From a virus, in IMG/VR virus record IMGVR_UViG_3300029551_000174, positions 62,603 to 126,602 of that record: a stretch of 64,000 nt of DNA, one strand, 5' to 3'. Positions 7,953 through 18,020 of this stretch are shown here, piece by piece. Both the position numbers and the translations under genes were made by a program. Each line of letters starts with the position of its first letter. Position 1 is the stretch's first letter. The notes under the pieces are model-generated. The model was not told the origin of the DNA. It worked only from the letters and a program-made list of their open reading frames with translations, and searched no databases.

Positions 7953-8351
7953 ATGAAGAAGATTAAAGTTATTGTAGAACAAGCCAAGGATGGGTCTTTT
8001 TGGTGTCATACCGAAAATGGCATAGATAAGGTTGGTTTAAACTCTTGTGGAGAAACTGTTGCCGCTGCGAAGCAAGACTTAATGGATTGTTTGGTGTTGG
8101 CAAAAGAGGATGCAAAAGAGAATGGAGAAGTGTTTCCTGACGTTGAATTTGAATACAAGTATGACTTACAATCTTTCTTTAATTATTTCTCTTTCCTCAA
8201 TGTGTCAGAGATTGCAAAACGAGCAGGTGTCAATCCTTCATTGATGCGTCAGTATAGTAAAGGCATAAAGCAAGCTGGCGAGAAAACTTATGAACGTTTG
8301 GCACATTGTATGAATGAAATAAAAAAAGATTTGGTAGCCGCTACCTTTTAG
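7953..8351 (+). CDS. hicB: HicB family antitoxin (RNase H-like fold N-domain + C-terminal HTH)
   Basis: Immediately downstream of hicA. C-terminal HTH (SEIAKRAGVNPSLMRQYSKGIKQ). Confidence 0.7.
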   Translation: MKKIKVIVEQAKDGSFWCHTENGIDKVGLNSCGETVAAAKQDLMDCLVLAKEDAKENGEVFPDVEFEYKYDLQSFFNYFSFLNVSEIAKRAGVNPSLMRQYSKGIKQAGEKTYERLAHCMNEIKKDLVAATF

Positions 8352-8387
8352 GCGTGTGGCTTCATTGTTACAATAGATAAAGAACTC

Positions 8388-8422
8388 AGAGCCTTCTGCA
8401 TGTGAATGTGGAAGGCTTTTTT
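8388..8422 (+). terminator. Rho-independent terminator after hicB (agccttc...gaaggct + T8)
   Basis: Inverted repeat plus TTTTTTTT. Confidence 0.6.
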
Positions 8423-8469
8423 TTGTCTAGACCTTATTCTTTGCACTTAAATCTTTAGTGAAATAGCAC

Positions 8470-8515
8470 ACATTAATTCTTTCGTCATTCCTTTGAATAT
8501 TAGCTAATTTTGCCA
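8470..8515 (+). promoter_or_regulatory. Putative promoter for the tape-measure gene (-7 'ctaattttgcc')
   Basis: TAnnTTTG about 25 nt upstream of the ATG at 8532. Confidence 0.4.
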
Positions 8516-8531
8516 AATAAAAAGTAAAGAA

Positions 8532-11500
8532 ATGTCAACGTTAGAATTTAATATCAAAGCGAATTTCGACCAAATCAAGCAAGCCAAGCAAGAGCTTGTA
8601 AGATTGCAAGGTGAGTTATTGAAGACTTCGAGAGCGACAGATAAATCTGTGGTTCAAGACCTCACGGATAAATATGCGGAACAAAAGCGTAAAGTAACCG
8701 AACTAAACGAAGCAATGGGTCGTTATATTATGGTAACGAGCAGCGATTATGCAAAGAAAATGCAATCTTTGACAAGGGAAGTATATGCTTTTGAATTGCA
8801 AGCCGACTCGTCCAGGCGAAAGATAGAGAAGCTTTCCAATGAGATAGCGAAGATGGAAAGCAAAATGCGCAGAGGTGGCCTTGATGTAGGAACAAGCGCA
8901 ATTCTTTCTGATAATATATCATCCAGCTATGCCTCGTTGAAAGACGAAAAGGCTAGACTGGAGAATCTTACGGGATTAGGTAAGCAAGCGAGACAAGAGT
9001 TACAGAATATGCAAACGGAATATGCTAAGTATTCGGGTTCTGTATCTCCTGCTAAGGATATGACCAATCAAATGACAAATGCATTTGCCCAAATGATTGC
9101 GGAAATGAAGCAAGCCCCTACTGTCGGTGAAGGTATTTCTTCATTATTTGGTCGTTTGAATGGAGACGCAAGGCAACTAGCTATGAGTTTGGTTGGAGGT
9201 CTGGGTCTTGAACAATTGGCTGAGCACATCTTTAACGTCCGCTCTCAATTCCAACAATTGGAAATTTCTTTTACGACAATGTTGGGTAGTGAGCAAAAGG
9301 CTGGTGCGCTTATGGATGAACTTATCCAAACTGCTGCTCGCACACCTTTCAACATGACAGACGTTACAGAAGGCGCAAAACAACTTTTAGCATATGGAAT
9401 TCAAGCCAATGAAGTAAATGACACCTTGGTACATTTGGGTGATATAGCTTCTGGCCTTAATGTTCCTTTGTCGCAGCTTGTTTATTTGTACGGCACGACC
9501 ATTTCGCAAGGAAGAATGTTTACAATTGACTTGCGTCAATTCATGGGTCGAGGCATTCCGATGGCAGAGACGTTGGGGCAAATCATGGGTAAGACCGTAT
9601 CCCAAGTGCAAGAAGCAGTAACGAAAGGTGAAGTCGGTGCAGACCTTGTGAAAGAAGCGATTGTGAGGATGTCAAGCGAGGGCAGCAAATTCGGAGGCCT
9701 GATGAGCAAGCAAGCCGAAACCCTTCAAGGTCGTTGGTCGAACATAGAAGATACGATAGACCAAGCAATCAACTCTATAGGACAAAAGACACAAGGAATC
9801 TTTGGAACAGGTCTTGACTTAATATCTTCTCTGATAGAGAATTGGGAAACTTTGGTTAAAGTTATTGGTTCAGCGGCTGTTATGGTCGGAACTTACAAAG
9901 CTGGCTTGATGGCAGCGGCAAGCATTCAGAAGGTTCAGAATGCTATGACAATGGCATCAATCACAGAGGAACTTGATTCTAAGTTAGGAGAGGCAAGAGA
10001 CCAAGAAAACAACTTCCGTTCCTTAAATGGTAAAGACACCAAGCAGTATCGGGCAAATAGATACAAGGCTTTAGGTGATGCTATTGCCGATACGTCAAAC
10101 ATCGGTGATGATAAGACCGAGAAAATCGTCTCAAAACAAATTGAGATGGCGAGAAACGAGGGGCTTATCACCGAGCAGATGGCTCAACAACTCCAAACAA
10201 AGCGAGATTTATTGGTTGCCCAGCAAAAGGCTGCTGATAATGAGCGTATGGAGTATGAGAACGCAAAGCGGACAAAAGAAATAGAAGAGGAAGCCGCACG
10301 ACAGAAGAGAGCCGATGCGGAAATGGCTGCTGAAATAAACGCAAAGGCTGCAAAGAAAGCCGCTATAGACGAGGCTAACAATACTCCTTTGGGTAAGGCT
10401 ATTCTTAACACAAATGCTATAGAGGAAAAGAAGAAACAGGCAGAGGTAAGCATTGAATTAGCCAAAGAAGAAGCAAGGGAACAACATGGAATTGTTGAGG
10501 AAATCGGTGCTCAAATCAAAAAACAAGAAGAACTTGTAGCCGCAAAAAAGGAGCAGGTAAAGTCTTCATACCAAAACGTGACTGATTTGGGCGGTTATGA
10601 TGATAGCTTTGGTGATGATTTGAAATTACGAGACCAAGCAGTAAATCAATATGTAGCTGAGCAGCAAAAGTTGAACGACCTCAAGCAGAAGAGTTATGAG
10701 GCTTCCCAAAAGGCATATATCGCAGACCAAAAAGTATTGGGTATGCAAGAAGACCTTAAAGGTGTAACCCAAGAGCTTAATCAAGCTATAGAGGAGGAAA
10801 ACCGAATCTATGGAGAAACTGGCTCTAATGCGGACGAGATAAACAAGCTGGTGAATGAGGGGGTTGCGGCAAAAGAGGGCGATACGGCTGCGGTTAATGC
10901 AAATACTGCTGCTAAACAAGGGAACACGTCAACAGAAAATGCCAACTCAACGGCACGAAACGCTAATACCGGAGCTACCACAAGACAATCTGCATCAAAT
11001 GTGGCAAACACAACCACAGAGAATGTTAATTCTGCGGCTACCGGAGCGAATACGGCTTCTCAAAACGTGAATACAAGTGCGAAGCAACGCAATTCCTTTG
11101 TTACTGGTATGATGTCAGTTGGTACAAAGGCAGCAACCTTGGCTCAATCGGCTTTTTCTTGGGCAACTAATGCTTTGACAACAAGCTTGCGTAGTCTTTG
11201 GGCTGCAATGCTTGCAAATCCATTGACAACTGTCATTACTTTAGTGAGCACAGCTATTTCTGTATTCTCTATGTTTGGTGACGAAACTGAAGATGTTGCG
11301 ACAAAGACAACAAATATGGGGAATAAAGCATCCGAGGCTAGTGCCAAGGTTCGTTCCCTGTTTGCTATCTTAGGGGCAGGCAAGGATGCGGAAAACCACA
11401 AAGAGACAATAGATGCATTGAAAAGCGCATACGAAGAGTATGGTGTAAAGCTCGATGAAACAATTATGAAGTCCGAAAACGAAGCTTCAAAGGTACAAGA

Positions 11501-14500
11501 GCTTATAAAGCATAAGGAAGATTTGATAGGCGTTATCGAAGAGCAAACTATTGCTATGCAACATCAAAATGCCGTGCAGCAGATTTATGATACATACAAG
11601 AACGAGAAGGATAAAGCTAAAACGAATTTCATAAATGCCACGGATGGTGTTCTTACCAAGGAACAAGCAGGAATGGCGACAATGGTGGTAAGCCAAGAAG
11701 ATTTGGATAAAATGGCGAAGCTGCAAGATGAAATCGATGGATTGGATGAAAGGACTAACAAGTACAAAGAAACAGTAGCAAAGCTACGATTAGTATCTGG
11801 AAATGTATACAAGGATATTGAAGCGTACTATCTCAATCTGGGATTGACAAAAGAACAAATATCAGAAATAACCGCTGAGACATATAGCTATATTGCAGCA
11901 AGCACACGTGCCAATGTAAATAAGCAAAAGTCTCTTGAGATGGAGGATAAGTCAAGAGCGGCAGCAGAGAAAACAAGGAATGCTATTAATAATCTTTCAG
12001 GTAGTACAAAGGAGAATGCCGAACGTAACAGGTTGGCGAAAAAGTCATTTAAGGAAATGGCTGTTGAAATGGATGAAATCCGAAAGATTTGCGAGAGAAC
12101 TTATCATATGAAAATCAAGGTGGATTATGATGATAAATCATTGCCGGCTTGGATTAAGAATATGTCTCAGAGCCAAAGAGTAGAAAGTGCAAGAGCAAGA
12201 TTGGCATGGTTGAAAGCCCATAAGCCAGGAGATACAACAAAGAAGTTTGGTGGTGTAAATAAGGATTATTGGACTATTTATAATGAAAACCGAGGGCTTC
12301 AATACAAGGGGGAAAAGGTAGAGAGTACACCAACCGAGACTGAGGCTCAGAGAAAGAAACGTCTCGCTGCTGAAGCTAAGAAAAAACGTGAAGCGGAACG
12401 TGCGGCAACTAAGGCAGAGCGTGAAGCAAATCAAAAGGAGACGATGGCTGGTAACAAGCGCAAGGCTGAGGAGGACTATTCCAAGTCTATTTCATCCTAT
12501 TCGGAGAGAGCAAGCGATGAGTTGTCAAAGCGAAGAACGGAATTGATTAAGAATGAGACCGAAAAGGAGATTGCTCAAATTAATATGTCTTCAGACAAGG
12601 AGAAAAAGGCTATAGAGGATTCTATTGACAAACTCGTTGAGGCTAAGAAGAAGAAAGACCAGATCGTTTGGGTAAATTCGGGAAAAGGTCGTAAAGCCAA
12701 CATGTGGAAACAGGGTAAGTCCGATGCGGAATACCGCAAAGAGGTCTTGGACACACAAATGGTTGACGACAAGGGTAATCATCTTGGGAAGACCATTGGG
12801 CAGAACTCAGAAGACCAAATTGCCTTGATTGAGAAACAGAGGCAATTAAAGCTGAAGGAAATACAGCAAGCAGAGATTAAGGACATGTTGGATTTCATGA
12901 AGCAATACGGCAGCTTAGAGCAACAACGTTATGCTATTCTGAAAGAATACACGGACAAGATAGACCTTGCTAGAGAGAAAGGTGATACTTTTGGCGCAGC
13001 GAGTGCGGAAATGGAGATGAACGACCAGTTGAAGAAGTTGAATTTTACGGATTTCAAGGATTCTATCAATTGGGATGTTGTCTTTCAGGATATGAACCGA
13101 TTGAGTATTCCTTATCTTGAAGACCTTCGCAAGAAGATGAAGGAGTTGCTTGGTTCGGGTACGTTGGAAATTGATGACATGAAATCCGTATCTGACCAAA
13201 TCTACAAGATTGATGATGCGATTTCCGAGCAGAAGGATAGATGGGGATTGGTTAATGATGCAGTCCGTGAACACCGTAGGCTTATTGATGAGGCAAAGGA
13301 TGCGCAAGACCGATTGGCACAAGCTAGGAAGGGGGAGTTTGATGCCAAGGCTGATAATATGAGCCAAAGGAGAAAAATCCAAGGCGTGTTTGCAGAAAGT
13401 GGGGTTAACATAGATACCAGTAATATCACTTCTGCCAATAAGGACAAACTTATGAGTTCTACCAAGAATCTCAGTGTAAGCCAAACGGAGAAGTTACGTA
13501 AGCTTTTTGATGATTTGGCGGTTTCAGAGGTTAAGGTTGGAAAGGCAACAAAGGAAGTTGGAAAGGCACAGGAAGAAGCCAAGGTAAAGCAGGATGCTGC
13601 AAAGAAGAGCTTGCATGATACTATAGAGGAATGGGCTGAGGGCTTGAGGAAAATCCAAGAGAAGCTGAAAGACCTTCCTGGGTTAGTCGATGCGTTAGGT
13701 CTCGGAAGCACAGGCTTTGGTAAAGCTGTAAATAATGGAATGGATGCATTGAACAGTGGAACACAAGCCTTTTCTGATTTTGCAAGCGGAAACTACATAG
13801 GCGCAGCTATGAATGGAATAAAAACCATTAGCTCGTTGGGTAAGATGTTCGGTATTGGCGGAGGTAATGGTGCAGAAGTTGCGAAGAAAACAGAAGAGCT
13901 GACCGAGAGCAATGACAGATTGATGTATTCCATTGATAAGTTAAAAGAGTCTATTGACAAATCTTCCGGTTATACAGCCGTCAGCAACTATAATGCTGCT
14001 TACGATGCTCAAAAACAGGTTAACACCCAAACGATGGATATTCTCAAAACACAGATGGGGTATCATGGGGCACACCATTCAAATGCTTATTATTGGAATC
14101 TTTCTGCACAAGATTATGCGGCAATCAATAAGACTTTGGCTGAGCAAAGTAAGATAAGGGGTGGTTATACTAATTCTTCGATAAACAAGGTCAATTCCTT
14201 GGAGGATATATACAAGCTCACTCCAGAGCAGATGGCTGACATTCGTACACATAATGCGGATGTATGGAAGAACATGACCGACCAAGGCAAGTATGATAAG
14301 ACGGAATATTGGGAGCAATATACAGAACTGGCGGGAAAACTAGAGGAGTTGACGGAGCAAATCAATGAGAATTTGACTCAAACAACCTTTGATTCGATGA
14401 AGAGTGACTTCATAAACAATCTTATGGATATGAGTAAGTCTGCAAAGGATTTTTCTAATGACTTCACTACAATGCTCAACCAGTCGATGCTTAACTTCGC

Positions 14501-15065
14501 TTTGGGAGACCTTATGAATAAAAAGCTTAAGCCTCTTTATGAGAGCTGGGCAAACAAGATGAAGGAGAATGGAGGAAGGCAGCTCACGCCAACCGAATTG
14601 AATAATCTTAAAGAAGAGTATGATAAGATAGTTCAAGAGGGTTTGGCTATTCGTGATAATATTGCTGATATTACGGGTTACAAGCAATCTTACGAGCAGT
14701 CCGCTTCTTCCGGTTCTTTTGAATCAATGAGCCAAGATACAGGAGAAGAGTTGAATGGTCGTTTCACAGCGGTGCAGATCGCCACAGAGGGAACGTACGA
14801 GGAAGCAAAGCTCATAAATACCAAGTTGGATGCTATTGCTGCTCGTGATGGTGGTATAGAGGGTAGCTTATTAACGGCTAGCGTGAATACCATTATGGGT
14901 GATGTAGGTAATATATGGACCGCCGTTGATGAGGGAAGAACCATTCTTGCACAAAGTTTGATGTGCTTGCAGTCGATAGATGAGCGACAAGAAAGCTGGA
15001 ATAAGCATATTTTACAGATGAGCCGTAATCTTGACACTATCAAAAACAAGGTGGATAGGTTGTAA
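8532..15065 (+). CDS. Tail tape-measure-like protein (2177 aa)
   Basis: Uninterrupted 6.5 kb ORF. Extensive coiled-coil-type K/E/Q-rich sequence. Internal hydrophobic segment (FSWATNALTTSLRSLWAAMLANPLTTVITLVSTAISVFSMF). N/T/A-rich degenerate repeats (NANTAAKQGNTSTENANSTARNANTGATT...). Confidence 0.65.
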   Translation: MSTLEFNIKANFDQIKQAKQELVRLQGELLKTSRATDKSVVQDLTDKYAEQKRKVTELNEAMGRYIMVTSSDYAKKMQSLTREVYAFELQADSSRRKIEKLSNEIAKMESKMRRGGLDVGTSAILSDNISSSYASLKDEKARLENLTGLGKQARQELQNMQTEYAKYSGSVSPAKDMTNQMTNAFAQMIAEMKQAPTVGEGISSLFGRLNGDARQLAMSLVGGLGLEQLAEHIFNVRSQFQQLEISFTTMLGSEQKAGALMDELIQTAARTPFNMTDVTEGAKQLLAYGIQANEVNDTLVHLGDIASGLNVPLSQLVYLYGTTISQGRMFTIDLRQFMGRGIPMAETLGQIMGKTVSQVQEAVTKGEVGADLVKEAIVRMSSEGSKFGGLMSKQAETLQGRWSNIEDTIDQAINSIGQKTQGIFGTGLDLISSLIENWETLVKVIGSAAVMVGTYKAGLMAAASIQKVQNAMTMASITEELDSKLGEARDQENNFRSLNGKDTKQYRANRYKALGDAIADTSNIGDDKTEKIVSKQIEMARNEGLITEQMAQQLQTKRDLLVAQQKAADNERMEYENAKRTKEIEEEAARQKRADAEMAAEINAKAAKKAAIDEANNTPLGKAILNTNAIEEKKKQAEVSIELAKEEAREQHGIVEEIGAQIKKQEELVAAKKEQVKSSYQNVTDLGGYDDSFGDDLKLRDQAVNQYVAEQQKLNDLKQKSYEASQKAYIADQKVLGMQEDLKGVTQELNQAIEEENRIYGETGSNADEINKLVNEGVAAKEGDTAAVNANTAAKQGNTSTENANSTARNANTGATTRQSASNVANTTTENVNSAATGANTASQNVNTSAKQRNSFVTGMMSVGTKAATLAQSAFSWATNALTTSLRSLWAAMLANPLTTVITLVSTAISVFSMFGDETEDVATKTTNMGNKASEASAKVRSLFAILGAGKDAENHKETIDALKSAYEEYGVKLDETIMKSENEASKVQELIKHKEDLIGVIEEQTIAMQHQNAVQQIYDTYKNEKDKAKTNFINATDGVLTKEQAGMATMVVSQEDLDKMAKLQDEIDGLDERTNKYKETVAKLRLVSGNVYKDIEAYYLNLGLTKEQISEITAETYSYIAASTRANVNKQKSLEMEDKSRAAAEKTRNAINNLSGSTKENAERNRLAKKSFKEMAVEMDEIRKICERTYHMKIKVDYDDKSLPAWIKNMSQSQRVESARARLAWLKAHKPGDTTKKFGGVNKDYWTIYNENRGLQYKGEKVESTPTETEAQRKKRLAAEAKKKREAERAATKAEREANQKETMAGNKRKAEEDYSKSISSYSERASDELSKRRTELIKNETEKEIAQINMSSDKEKKAIEDSIDKLVEAKKKKDQIVWVNSGKGRKANMWKQGKSDAEYRKEVLDTQMVDDKGNHLGKTIGQNSEDQIALIEKQRQLKLKEIQQAEIKDMLDFMKQYGSLEQQRYAILKEYTDKIDLAREKGDTFGAASAEMEMNDQLKKLNFTDFKDSINWDVVFQDMNRLSIPYLEDLRKKMKELLGSGTLEIDDMKSVSDQIYKIDDAISEQKDRWGLVNDAVREHRRLIDEAKDAQDRLAQARKGEFDAKADNMSQRRKIQGVFAESGVNIDTSNITSANKDKLMSSTKNLSVSQTEKLRKLFDDLAVSEVKVGKATKEVGKAQEEAKVKQDAAKKSLHDTIEEWAEGLRKIQEKLKDLPGLVDALGLGSTGFGKAVNNGMDALNSGTQAFSDFASGNYIGAAMNGIKTISSLGKMFGIGGGNGAEVAKKTEELTESNDRLMYSIDKLKESIDKSSGYTAVSNYNAAYDAQKQVNTQTMDILKTQMGYHGAHHSNAYYWNLSAQDYAAINKTLAEQSKIRGGYTNSSINKVNSLEDIYKLTPEQMADIRTHNADVWKNMTDQGKYDKTEYWEQYTELAGKLEELTEQINENLTQTTFDSMKSDFINNLMDMSKSAKDFSNDFTTMLNQSMLNFALGDLMNKKLKPLYESWANKMKENGGRQLTPTELNNLKEEYDKIVQEGLAIRDNIADITGYKQSYEQSASSGSFESMSQDTGEELNGRFTAVQIATEGTYEEAKLINTKLDAIAARDGGIEGSLLTASVNTIMGDVGNIWTAVDEGRTILAQSLMCLQSIDERQESWNKHILQMSRNLDTIKNKVDRL

Positions 15066-15070
15066 TACAA

Positions 15071-15130
15071 AAGGTGTGGAGAAATACAACTAAGCGCATG
15101 TATGCGTCCAGATGCAAGTCTCCACACCTT
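15071..15130 (+). terminator. Long hairpin after the tape-measure gene (aaggtgtggaga ... tctccacacctt)
   Basis: 12-bp inverted repeat enclosing a 36-nt loop. Followed by a second hairpin, gggaaa-aa-tttccc. Confidence 0.45.
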
Positions 15131-15865
15131 GAAAGTAGCCGAGGGAAAAATTTCCCCGAGGGTTCATTTCCTAAATTTGTGAAATGAAGAAGTAAGAAGA
15201 TGCTCGCTTAATAAAATTATTAGATGAGGGGTTAAGCATCATTTACCCCCATTGAAAGCAAATGGTAAGGTTTTTCATAAAGTTGTGAAAAACGTATGCA
15301 GTACAAATCCATAGAAAATGTGTTCATAATAAGTGTATGGAAATTGACAAAAAGTGTCAACGATTAAAAAAAACAAAAAATCACATTAGTCTATATTATT
15401 TATCAGATGTAGGGGTGTCGCTACAGGCTACACCCCTTAGACTTGCCAAAATTGGCAAAACTGACCCAAACAAAGTTTGTATTAGGTGTTCCTAGGATGG
15501 AAACCCTTTAGCGTTGACTAATAAGCGTGAATGAAAGATAATAATTACTAAGATAGTAGAACCAGATGGTGATTGCTAGCAAGATTAAGAAGATGGTGCA
15601 AGGATGATAGAAAAGGGGTGTCTTCAAAAATGATAATACCCCAAAATTGGTGTATTTGGTAGCCTCAGCGATTAAAAGGTGTAAAAATCTCACCTTATTG
15701 TTTATTAAAAGAGGTCTCCACAATTTTGAGGACACCCCATTTTGTAGGTTTTAGCCAGAATTGTCAAAAACTGATTAAGGGTAGGAACATTGTTCCGATC
15801 AGGTTATCCACAAGGGGTTTTTAACTAGATAGTTATAAACTTGATAGGAACACTTTCAACGAGTC

Positions 15866-15977
15866 CAGATTTGGGCTAGTACGAGGGCGCAAAATTGCTT
15901 TCTCGTTGATTATCAAGCGTTACCCCAAAAAGTTAGTACGAGAGCCTAAAAATCGGCTATCGTTGAAAATCAAGATG
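15866..15977. repeat. Two tandem ~45-bp imperfect direct repeats (TAGTACGAG-R-GC..AAAA(T)..CGTTGA..ATCAAG)
   Basis: 15870-15918 (tagtacgagggcgcaaaattgctttctcgttgattatcaagcg) versus 15929-15974 (tagtacgagagcctaaaaatcggctatcgttgaaaatcaag). Confidence 0.6.
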
Positions 15978-16158
15978 TTACATAGTTTTCCCCCATTTGG
16001 GTGAAAACCATCGGGCTTGTTTTCTAGCTCGTTGAATGATTGGTGTTGTCTCCAAAGGTTCAATAGGACAGAATATCCGTCCTATTTATCCTTTGAAATG
16101 CAACCACAAATCACATTTGGATTGTGGAACGGACGCAAATCTGCTTTGGTTGGCATCT

Positions 16159-16599
16159 TTATTGTTCAAATAAATATTTCCATTGGTTATTATCCTCTAC
16201 ATAACATTCACCATATGGGAAGTCTTCATATATTTCTTTATTTAATGAAATGAATAAATGTCTTTCTGAATATTTTGATTCAGTATTAAAAAGAACATCA
16301 AATGTTTTAATTTCCGTTTCTCCATCTAACTTTATGGACAAAATTCCATCTTTTACAAAATATGTTCCTGTATGCTTTGAGTTGAAACCACCAAAAGAAT
16401 TATAAGTACGATAAGCAACTTTGTTGCTCTTAAATCCAATAATACCGCTAACTCCTTTGCTGTACCAAATAGTGTTATCTAGCATTTCTGCTGTAACTTG
16501 CTCATTCTTTGGGTATTCATCAGTATTGTCGCTAGAGCACGATGTTAGCACAATCATTGAAGCAAATATTAGGGCAAACACAAATAAAAGTTTCTTCAT
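16159..16599 (-). CDS. Lipoprotein (lipobox LTSC)
   Basis: MKKLLFVFALIFASMIVLTSCSSD. Only leftward gene in this region. Confidence 0.55.
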   Translation of the reverse strand: MKKLLFVFALIFASMIVLTSCSSDNTDEYPKNEQVTAEMLDNTIWYSKGVSGIIGFKSNKVAYRTYNSFGGFNSKHTGTYFVKDGILSIKLDGETEIKTFDVLFNTESKYSERHLFISLNKEIYEDFPYGECYVEDNNQWKYLFEQ

Positions 16600-16809
16600 A
16601 ATCCTATACTTTTTAATTATTGAACTTTGTGGGGAACCCCCACGTTACTTAACTCTTTCCAGTTTATCCAGCACATCCCTAGCTCCAGCTATGGATGATG
16701 CGGAATACTAGTATGTAAAAGTACATCTTTTATACGAAACCGCCATTGTTCATCTTTATATTTAACTATCATTATACTATCTGTTATATTTTATTATAAT
16801 AATCTTTTT

Positions 16810-16856
16810 TTGCATTAATATGCTTGCAAGTTACACTAAAAAGTCGTATCTTTGCA
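16810..16856 (+). promoter_or_regulatory. Bacteroidetes promoter (-7 'cgtatctttgca')
   Basis: Consensus. Followed by the leader hairpin at 16899. Confidence 0.5.
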
Positions 16857-16898
16857 TCCGATTTCCACATTATAGGAATAATAGCTTAATTTTTAGAG

Positions 16899-16921
16899 CG
16901 TGAGTCACACGTTAAAAACTG
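16899..16921 (+). promoter_or_regulatory. Conserved leader hairpin element (cgtg-agtca-cacg + ttaaaaactg)
   Basis: Motif family. Confidence 0.5.
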
Positions 16922-16935
16922 AAAAGGAAAATAGA

Positions 16936-17688
16936 ATGAATGAGATTAAAGTGATTAACAAGTCAATGCTTCTTGGAAAGGAGATTGACGTGTATGGAAC
17001 TGCTGATGAGCCTTTGTTTAAGGCAAAGGACGTGGCAAGTTGGTTGGATATTCAGAATGTTTCTGACATGATAAAGAATATCGACCAAGATGAAAAGGTG
17101 TTAGATTCAATCTATACCCTTGGTGGAACACAAGAAGTTTGGTTGCTTACTGAGGATGGGGTGTATGAGGTCTTGATGCAAAGCCGTAAGCCAGTAGCCA
17201 AGCAGTTCAAGAAAGGAGTGAAGACCATCTTGAAGTCTATTCGCAAGACAGGTGGCTATTCCGTGGCTGGAACTATTACTGATAAGACGAAGGCAGGCAT
17301 GATTTGGGTGAAAGGCTGCAAGGAGCTTTTGAACTTAAACGATGCATCAACACTTGCATTGATGCAAAAGGTAGCCGAACCTTTAGGCTTGCCAACTCCA
17401 GACTACGTAAGCAGTAAGGGTGTCTTGAAGTCTTTGAGTGTATTGCTTGAAGAGAAGGGCATTGGAATATCTACACAAGCATTTAACAAGCTCCTAGTCA
17501 AGGATGGTTTGTTGCAAGTGCTTTATAGAAAAAGTAGTAAAGGTAAGCAAAAACAATTCAAGAACATTACCGAGAAGGGCTTGCCTTATGGTGAGAACAA
17601 GCAAAACCCAAAGAATCAGTCTGAGACACAGCCTTTGTGGTATGAGGATAAGTTCGATGAGGTTTTGAAGATTGTAGGCTTATTGTAG
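16936..17688 (+). CDS. Bro-N domain antirepressor-like protein
   Basis: ATG start downstream of the hairpin, in place of the track's GTG inside the motif. Bro-N-like N-terminus. The C-terminal part (KVAEPLGLPTPDYVSS...) is homologous to the middle of 20277..21158 (KIAEPLGLPTPDYVSA, ...KGLAYGEN...TQP.WY..KF.EVL.I.G). Confidence 0.65.
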   Translation: MNEIKVINKSMLLGKEIDVYGTADEPLFKAKDVASWLDIQNVSDMIKNIDQDEKVLDSIYTLGGTQEVWLLTEDGVYEVLMQSRKPVAKQFKKGVKTILKSIRKTGGYSVAGTITDKTKAGMIWVKGCKELLNLNDASTLALMQKVAEPLGLPTPDYVSSKGVLKSLSVLLEEKGIGISTQAFNKLLVKDGLLQVLYRKSSKGKQKQFKNITEKGLPYGENKQNPKNQSETQPLWYEDKFDEVLKIVGLL

Positions 17689-17835
17689 AGGAATATATTT
17701 GAAACGATTTTAAATACGATAAACAGGAAGACGTTCATACCTTAATGAATAGTGAACAATTCACAGAAGGTATTGATTATCAAGTTTTGCGCAATAATGC
17801 ACAAAACCACAAGGAATAAGAATAGAAGTGTTGAA

Positions 17836-17862
17836 GGAGAGGAATACTATTTCCCCTCCTTT
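17836..17862. terminator. Bidirectional hairpin terminator, copy 2 (ggagaggaatactatttcccctcc)
   Basis: Near-identical to 1275-1300. Confidence 0.5.
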
Positions 17863-18020
17863 TTGTTCTTCGTTCATCACATAGACGGGGGATTTTCTTG
17901 TACCTCCATTAGGCATTGGAATATCCATAGAAATCAACTTGAAATCCCTGATAAGGTCTTGGAAACCAATGTGAGCCGATTTTTCGGCTCACATATCGAA
18001 TACAATATCTGCACCCATAC

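Noticed and set aside
8532-15065. Stop-codon reassignment (alternative genetic code), as seen in some Bacteroidales phages
   Set aside because: A 6.5 kb ORF and many other long ORFs are open with the standard code. Genes terminate with TAA, TAG and TGA at sensible junctions.
12915-15127. Minus-strand ORFs inside the tape-measure gene (12915..13484, 13202..13711, 14690..15127 and others)
   Set aside because: They are fully embedded antisense to a 6.5 kb gene and have low-complexity translations. They are shadow ORFs.
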